Position numbers and translations under genes: made by a program. Source: Patescibacteria group bacterium (lineage in GTDB: Bacteria > Patescibacteriota > Minisyncoccia > Phycocordibacterales > CSBR16-119). Taken from it: 64,000 nucleotides of DNA. Shown piece by piece: positions 58,183-64,000 of the stretch. The stretch covers positions 52,383 to 116,382 of the forward strand of contig JBPOJJ010000003.1 in assembly GCA_052033715.1 (NCBI GenBank), read 5' to 3'. How positions within the stretch are numbered: the first letter of the stretch is position 1; every line of letters starts with the position of its first letter. The notes beneath the pieces were generated by a model. That model searched no databases, was not told the DNA's origin, and was given only the letters and a program-made list of their open reading frames with translations.

Positions 58183-58641
58183 ATGGAAAATAATAATACT
58201 TTTAAAACCTTGGCCTATATCATGCTTGGTGTTGCCGTTGTGATTGTCGCCATTGTTCTACTTACCAAGAACAAGAATTCCTCTGACGAGAACATGGTTA
58301 TCGGTACGGCCAACGTTGAAAGCATCGAAGTTACCAAAACAGACGCTTTTCCTGTCGCTGTGAATATCTTGGCCAAGGGATATTTGGAAGATTCGTGTAC
58401 ACAGTTGGGTGACACGAAACAAGCTTATGACAATGGAACATTTACTATCACTCTAGAATCAAAGAGGCCTCAAGACGCGGAAGTTTGTGCAGAAATGATT
58501 CAAAGCTTCGAGGAGAATATTTCTCTAGCCGGGGTTACTGGATTACCAAAAGGAACCTATAATGTTGAAGTTAATGGTGTAAAAGGGGCATTTACTCTAG
58601 GAGTAGATAACTTTATAAGCGGAAACGATCCGTTGAAATAG
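58183..58641 (+). CDS. membrane-anchored hypothetical protein
   Basis: N-terminal TM (TLAYIMLGVAVVIVAIVLL), beta-rich ectodomain with two Cys. Confidence 0.5.
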   Translation: MENNNTFKTLAYIMLGVAVVIVAIVLLTKNKNSSDENMVIGTANVESIEVTKTDAFPVAVNILAKGYLEDSCTQLGDTKQAYDNGTFTITLESKRPQDAEVCAEMIQSFEENISLAGVTGLPKGTYNVEVNGVKGAFTLGVDNFISGNDPLK

Positions 58642-58643
58642 TC

Positions 58644-59450
58644 ATGAAAGGTTTTTTATTGGCCATATCAATAATATTTTTTACGCCGCTGACGTCTTTT
58701 GCGACTACGGCTTCTCCGACCACTGGGTTTATCGATGGTTCGGTTTGGAGCGATTCGAACGTTGTCGTTGGCGAGAGGATAAAACTCTACGCGGCTGTTT
58801 TCAATGGCGAAAAATCTCGTGTTGATTTTGTCATCGAATTCCATGACGGCGCGACTGTTCTAGGTAAATCCGAAGTTTCTATTTGGCCCAAAGAAGCCAA
58901 AGCCGCATCGGTTGACTGGGTGGTGGAGAATGGCCGACACAATATTGTGGCCAAAATAACCTCGGCCAAACTTGATGAAGTGACACTTGATCTTGATCGA
59001 GTCGAGACCAAGAAAATGTCTTTCAATGTCAGTGAAGAAACCAAAGGAACCGATACTCCTGCTACCACAGAAAATTCTGAAACAGAAAGTTCGACAGAGC
59101 TCTCTGGTTTAATTGAAAAAATTTCTTTTAAAGATGGAAGCTTCGGTGATAAAGCCAAGAATTATACCATAAACGTTCTCGACAAAATTGATTCTTGGAG
59201 ATCGTTAACTAAATCACACCTATCTGAATCGATCGAAAAAATAAAGGATTCACGAAAAGACGTGGCAAATATGAAGCCAGAGACAAAAACCATGTCTTTC
59301 TTGCACCTCTGGGTAGTTCAGATACTTAAATTTATTTTCTCAGTAGGGGTGGTGTTCTACGGACTTGGGATAATTCTCTCCATTATAATCTTACGAAAAT
59401 TCTTTACCTTCTTGGGCTGGTTGTTCCGAAAAAGACCGGAAATGGCCTAA
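58644..59450 (+). CDS. secreted hypothetical protein with C-terminal TM anchor
   Basis: Signal peptide, Ig-like beta region, C-terminal hydrophobic helix. Confidence 0.55.
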   Translation: MKGFLLAISIIFFTPLTSFATTASPTTGFIDGSVWSDSNVVVGERIKLYAAVFNGEKSRVDFVIEFHDGATVLGKSEVSIWPKEAKAASVDWVVENGRHNIVAKITSAKLDEVTLDLDRVETKKMSFNVSEETKGTDTPATTENSETESSTELSGLIEKISFKDGSFGDKAKNYTINVLDKIDSWRSLTKSHLSESIEKIKDSRKDVANMKPETKTMSFLHLWVVQILKFIFSVGVVFYGLGIILSIIILRKFFTFLGWLFRKRPEMA

Positions 59451-59486
59451 TTTTGCCTCGTTACGAATAGGGGATATAATGTCGGG

Positions 59487-59759
59487 GTGAGATTCGCGTA
59501 TCTTAAAATCCCGACCGCTGTTTTAATAACTATTTCAGCTCTCTTTTTTCCTTTCTCTGTAACGGTTATTTTGTTTGTTCTTGGAACTTTCTTATTCAGG
59601 AATTTTTATTTTGGAATGTTTATACTATTTTTCATGGACGCGGTTTATGCTCTCGAGGGTATAAAATTTACGCCCTTTTATGGAATGATTACAGTTCTCG
59701 GAATTTTGGCTTTCCTTGCAATTTCTATGATCAAGGAAAGGATATTTAATCTCGAATAA
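59487..59759 (+). CDS. small 3-TM membrane protein immediately upstream of mrdA (possible MreD analogue)
   Basis: 90 aa, three hydrophobic helices; position only. Confidence 0.4.
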   Translation: MRFAYLKIPTAVLITISALFFPFSVTVILFVLGTFLFRNFYFGMFILFFMDAVYALEGIKFTPFYGMITVLGILAFLAISMIKERIFNLE

Positions 59760-59760
59760 G

Positions 59761-61479
59761 ATGGTCTTTAGGAAAAAAAGAAAACTAAATAGAACCGGAA
59801 TTGACTTTGATGAAATTTTGATGGATTCGAGGAATATTCCGTCTTTTGATACTCAGCAGTTTGAAGGACGTATCGAGAAAACAATTTCCAAAAAATCGAT
59901 TTTGGCTGTTGGTGTATTTTTTGTTGTAATTGTTTTTGTTTTCGTCTTACGATTGGGCGCGCTTCAGTTGAAACGTGGCGAGGAATATTTGGCTTTGTCG
60001 CAAAAAAATAGTTTTAATAGTCAAATAATATTTGCCGATCGTGGTGTCATCTTTGATCGTAATAACGTCGAACTCGCCTGGAATGAACGCACCGAAGAAA
60101 TGACAGAGTTTGATTTTTCTCATCGCGCTTATATCAAAACTCCCGGCAATACGCTTCTTTTGGGATACATAAAATATCCACAAAAAGACAAAGCCGGATT
60201 TTATTGGCAAAAATCTTTTATTGGGATGGACGGAATTGAGAAAGCCGAGAACAATATATTGAATGGTCAAAATGGTTCAAAGATTATTGAAACTGATGCG
60301 TTGGGCGAGATTTCATCTGAGAATATTGTAAATCCTCCGATTGACGGCAAGAACTTGGTTTTAACTGTTGACTCTCGTTTACAAACGGCCATGTATAATT
60401 CGATTAAAAGTCTTGCTGAAAGTGTAGGATATCAGGGCGGTGCTGGAGCTGTCATGGATATAAATACAGGTGAATTATTGGTGGCGACCAGTTATCCAGA
60501 ATACGATTCTCAAATTTTATCTGACGGAGACAATGTCGAAGCGATTAATGGTTATTTAAACTCCGAACAAAAACCTTTCATTAATCGATTGGTTTCTGGT
60601 CTTTATTCACCCGGTTCGACCATCAAACCTTTTATCGCCATGGGGGCACTAAACGATGGAATTGTGACGCCCTACACCACTGTCTTCTCCAAGGGTGCGA
60701 TTGAAATCCCAAATCCATACGACCCGAGTCAGTCAACAAAATTCCGTGATTGGAAAGAGGGCGGTCATGGGGTGACTGACATCAAAAAAGCCTTGGCCGA
60801 GTCCGTCAACACTTATTTTTATGCTATCGGCGGAGGATATCAGGGTCAAAAGGGTTTGGGAATTTCTGGTATCGAGAAGTACGTAAAACTTTTTGACATT
60901 GGTTCTAAAACAAAAGTCGACATCGAAGGTGAAGTTGCAGGAGTCGTTCCTTCGCCAGAATGGAAGAAAGTTAATTTTAAAAACGATCCAACCTGGCGAC
61001 TCGGAGACACTTATCACACGTCAATCGGTCAGTATGGATTCTTGGTAACACCGATTATGATGCTGCGGGCTATGTCGGCTATCGCGAACTCCGGAACGCT
61101 TGTAACAGCGCATGTCATGCAAGATTCACCGCTGACGTTCCAGAAAGTCGCCGAAGATTTACAGGGAGCTGATTACGAGGTTGTACGTGGGGGATTACGT
61201 TCGGTTATTACCGAAGGAACAGGTCAAATTCTAAATGTTCCGTATGTTCGAATTGCTGCCAAAACAGGTACCGCTCAAGCGGGTTTTAAAAACCAATTCG
61301 TTAATTCTTGGGTCATAGGATTTTTCCCTTATGATAAACCCAAATATGCTTTTGTTGTTCTAATGGAAAAGGGTCCTTCGGAAAGTGAAAGAAGTGCTTC
61401 CTTTGCCATGAGAACCTTTGTTGATTGGGTCAATCAAAATACCCCAGAGTATTTTGAAATAGATTCGCCAGAACTTTAG
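59761..61479 (+). CDS. mrdA: penicillin-binding protein 2 (elongasome transpeptidase)
   Basis: N-terminal TM, dimerisation domain, SxxK (STIKP), SxN, KTGT motifs. Confidence 0.9.
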   Translation: MVFRKKRKLNRTGIDFDEILMDSRNIPSFDTQQFEGRIEKTISKKSILAVGVFFVVIVFVFVLRLGALQLKRGEEYLALSQKNSFNSQIIFADRGVIFDRNNVELAWNERTEEMTEFDFSHRAYIKTPGNTLLLGYIKYPQKDKAGFYWQKSFIGMDGIEKAENNILNGQNGSKIIETDALGEISSENIVNPPIDGKNLVLTVDSRLQTAMYNSIKSLAESVGYQGGAGAVMDINTGELLVATSYPEYDSQILSDGDNVEAINGYLNSEQKPFINRLVSGLYSPGSTIKPFIAMGALNDGIVTPYTTVFSKGAIEIPNPYDPSQSTKFRDWKEGGHGVTDIKKALAESVNTYFYAIGGGYQGQKGLGISGIEKYVKLFDIGSKTKVDIEGEVAGVVPSPEWKKVNFKNDPTWRLGDTYHTSIGQYGFLVTPIMMLRAMSAIANSGTLVTAHVMQDSPLTFQKVAEDLQGADYEVVRGGLRSVITEGTGQILNVPYVRIAAKTGTAQAGFKNQFVNSWVIGFFPYDKPKYAFVVLMEKGPSESERSASFAMRTFVDWVNQNTPEYFEIDSPEL

Positions 61480-62996
61480 ATATCCAAATCATGTCTAAAT
61501 TTGCGAATTGTTATGGCTCTTGTTACGAGAACTATAATTATGATACCAGCAAGGAAAAAACCGACGAGTATTAGTATTGGAGAGTCGTTTATGTTTAGTG
61601 AAGAGAAGAATGAGTCACTCGCAACCCTTATCTCAACTGGCTTGGACCATTCGCTCTTGGCTCCTCGGATATCTGTTACCCTAAACGAGGCAAAGACAAT
61701 GCCTTTCTTTAGGCCTTCTTGTTCAAAAGTGAATTTACCCGAAGCACTTTGGAACTCTTCGCGGATCAAAAAGTTATTTCTCTTGCTTGTAATTTTCGCC
61801 TCGACGTTTCCATTTGGAATTGTTTCACCCTTGATGACTAATTTATCTCCAACATTTATCTCGGCCGGATAATCAACCACCTCTGGAACCTCTAGGGCCT
61901 TAACGGTTATTGGCAAGAACGCTTCATTTTTATTTCCGGCGCGATCGTATGTCGTGATCAAAAGTTCCCATTCGCCCGGTTCAATTGTTTCGAGTCGGAG
62001 ATTTCCATTTGGGAGCTTCTCATAATCCAATATCTCGCCATTCAATGAAAATTCAAAACTTTTAACACAAGAAATCTTGTCGTTTATGCTGAGTTTTATT
62101 ATTGGTTTCGGGTCTGTCAGATCTAGGCGAGAGACTTCAGAGGCTTCGATTATTGGAGGAGTGTGGTCGATTTTGATCTTAAAATGTTCCGTCTTGCTCC
62201 ATCCGGAATTATTCTGAAGTGACAAATGGAAGTACCAAATACCATCTTCGAGATTCTCGTATCGTTTCTCAACAATCGCTGGACTGTTAATTGTGGTTGG
62301 TTCGGTGTCAGGATTTTTATCAAAAGCTATTTTGCTTGCTAGCGTGTCTTTCTCTATATCCCACGAAAATGCGGCGGTATTTTCTCGTCTCCAGACAACT
62401 CCCGGATGTGTGGCGGAGCTTATGATGGAGTCCGGCTCACAAACTTCTTCTTTTACCACATCCTCTTCAACCGGTTTTAGATCGTCGAGTTTTATAACTT
62501 CTGGTTCTTTAACTTCGGCTTCTTTAATTACAAAACTTGCACCAGACACACTTTTTAAAATATTTGTTCCAATACCGTCGTTGGCCAAAACTGAAGACGA
62601 TGAAATGCTAATCCCGGCTGTTCCGACGGATTTGCCTTTGAAGTTAACCGTCAGGATTTTCCCAGCAGCACCCTGATATCCTGGAGTGAGCACGACACCT
62701 TCCATTTTTATTTCACCTGTTGCGTTTGAAAAACTCGGCTCTTGTGCCCAGAAATCAATTATTGATCCAGTTTTTGACACAGATACAACTTGTAATTTGT
62801 CGGCCGGGAACTTCACGGTCGCACCGGCTGCATTCATGGGCTGGTCCGGACTCGCGACATACACACCGACAGAGAAAGTTGCGTTCTTGTCGTAGGTTCC
62901 GGACGAAGGAGAAAAATGTAGGGTCGCGGCGAAAAGCGCGTTTGTGGAAATAAAAAACGCGAATAAAAAAACAAAAACTTTTACGAGTAATTTCAC
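61476..62996 (-). CDS. secreted surface protein with cohesin-like N-terminal domain and C-terminal TM anchor
   Basis: Signal peptide; TLHFSPSSGTYDKNATFSVGVYV...GATVKFPADKLQVVSV cohesin-like; C-terminal TM plus basic tail. Confidence 0.75.
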   Translation of the reverse strand: MKLLVKVFVFLFAFFISTNALFAATLHFSPSSGTYDKNATFSVGVYVASPDQPMNAAGATVKFPADKLQVVSVSKTGSIIDFWAQEPSFSNATGEIKMEGVVLTPGYQGAAGKILTVNFKGKSVGTAGISISSSSVLANDGIGTNILKSVSGASFVIKEAEVKEPEVIKLDDLKPVEEDVVKEEVCEPDSIISSATHPGVVWRRENTAAFSWDIEKDTLASKIAFDKNPDTEPTTINSPAIVEKRYENLEDGIWYFHLSLQNNSGWSKTEHFKIKIDHTPPIIEASEVSRLDLTDPKPIIKLSINDKISCVKSFEFSLNGEILDYEKLPNGNLRLETIEPGEWELLITTYDRAGNKNEAFLPITVKALEVPEVVDYPAEINVGDKLVIKGETIPNGNVEAKITSKRNNFLIREEFQSASGKFTFEQEGLKKGIVFASFRVTDIRGAKSEWSKPVEIRVASDSFFSSLNINDSPILILVGFFLAGIIIIVLVTRAITIRKFRHDLDI

Positions 62997-63089
62997 GCTT
63001 GGTTCATTATCTCATCTTTGCAAGATGAGTTCAAATACTTTTCAACATATTTTGTTGTAAAAAGGCCATTTTTTTAATAAAATAGGGAA

Positions 63090-64000
63090 GTGAAGTTTAA
63101 TCTAATCAAGATATTTGGCTCTGTTTTTTTAAACAAGAAGTTTTTTGTTTCTTTTCTTGTATTTTTAAGTTTAATACCTGGTAATTTTGCTAATGCGGTA
63201 ACTGGTGTTCCAGAAATTATTAGTCATCAGGGCCGATTGTTGAGTTCAGGGGGAACACTTCTTGGCGGGGCATCAGGAACAAATTATTGTTTTAAATTTT
63301 CTTTTTATGACGACGCTACTGTCGGTGGTGGAGATGTGAAGTTGTGGCCAGCTGGTGCGCCGTCGACCATGACGGTCAATGTCAAAAACGGAGTTTTCAA
63401 TGTTGGGATTGGCGATACATCGGTTGATGGAGACACGCTTGATTTTGATTTTGAATCAAACGATTCAGCGTATTTGAATACCGAGGTTGGTGCTCAAGTG
63501 GCGGGTTCTTGTGCTGGTGCATCTTTTGAAAATCTTTCTCCTCGCCAAAGAATTAATTCTTCTGGTTTCGCAATCAATGCTTCAACGGTCGGAGGATTTA
63601 CTCCTTCACAGTCAGCAGATGGTAATGATGTTGTGGCGTTAACTTCTGATGATCTCATCCTGGGCGGAGTAAATCCAGAAATTGCCGCAAGTGGATCGAA
63701 CACGCTTACTCTCCAAGGTGCTGGCGCTACCGGTAATTTGCAATTTTTTTCAAGTTCAAACTCGCTTTCGTCGACGGGTAATTTAGACGTAGCCGGAACA
63801 CTTCAATCTGGTTCTTCAAACGTGGCCTTAACGCTCGGTACTGGATTTTTGGATGCTGACGCGATTACTCTTGTTGCCTCCGGTACTACCGGCGTTGCCG
63901 GTTCAGCCTCTGGTCTAGAAGTAGTGTCTGATGGACTCTCACTTTTGCGTGGTTGTGCCAATAATGAAATTTTGAAATGGAACGATGTCGCCGGCACATG
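63090..64000 (+). CDS. partial gene (runs off the window end) for a secreted Gly/Ser/Thr-rich beta-rich protein
   Basis: Hand translation gives open frame of >300 codons with signal peptide (KIFGSVFLNKKFFVSFLVFLSLIPGNFANA); start codon uncertain (GTG at 63090); absent from the ORF track because it has no stop. Confidence 0.55.
   Translation, partial: MKFNLIKIFGSVFLNKKFFVSFLVFLSLIPGNFANAVTGVPEIISHQGRLLSSGGTLLGGASGTNYCFKFSFYDDATVGGGDVKLWPAGAPSTMTVNVKNGVFNVGIGDTSVDGDTLDFDFESNDSAYLNTEVGAQVAGSCAGASFENLSPRQRINSSGFAINASTVGGFTPSQSADGNDVVALTSDDLILGGVNPEIAASGSNTLTLQGAGATGNLQFFSSSNSLSSTGNLDVAGTLQSGSSNVALTLGTGFLDADAITLVASGTTGVAGSASGLEVVSDGLSLLRGCANNEILKWNDVAGT

Overview
This 64 kb window is AT-rich with short intergenic spacers and mostly housekeeping genes. 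By inference it resembles a reduced-genome, CPR/Patescibacteria-like bacterium. No rRNA genes, CRISPR arrays, integrases or transposases were found. Genes I can support from the sequence are: the rpsB-tsf operon; proS; mreB-mreC; tgt; a uvrB / uvrA / uvrC nucleotide-excision-repair neighbourhood; ddl and tag; leuS (which lacks the CP1 editing domain) and murJ; topA, dprA, serS, an FtsQ-like POTRA protein, dus and dnaX; typA; an envelope module (SIMPL, Gmad2, HlyD-type adaptor, FtsX-like permease, ABC ATPase, CcdA, DedA); and mrdA (PBP2). There are three tRNAs: Thr-UGU (minus strand), Ala-UGC (plus strand) and Gln-UUG (minus strand). Two accessory regions stand out. The first, 19.4-33.9 kb, lies downstream of tRNA-Ala and has eight co-directional genes for large secreted or surface proteins. 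These include two CSLREA / beta-helix proteins, a PD40 propeller, Ig-like, FN3 and CAP domain proteins, and paralogous jelly-roll proteins; three carry C-terminal peptidoglycan-binding-like domains. It is preceded by paired ~90 bp repeats that copy 12 bp of the tRNA 3' end. The second, 45.5-49.3 kb, is a GC-rich islet embedding tRNA-Gln with a 19 bp att-like duplication of its 3' end. It carries a membrane fatty-acid desaturase, a 2H-phosphoesterase (LigT-like) and orphan genes. Further GC-rich mini-islets, each a small orphan gene with its own terminator, occur at 3.8, 9.0, 18.6 and 26.1 kb. Two of the GC-rich intergenic regions (3.6 kb and 37.5-37.9 kb) look structured and are candidate non-coding RNAs or leaders. 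The supplied ORF track missed three items: a 49-aa membrane ORF between uvrA and uvrC, the proper start of several genes, and a partial secreted-protein gene running off the window end.
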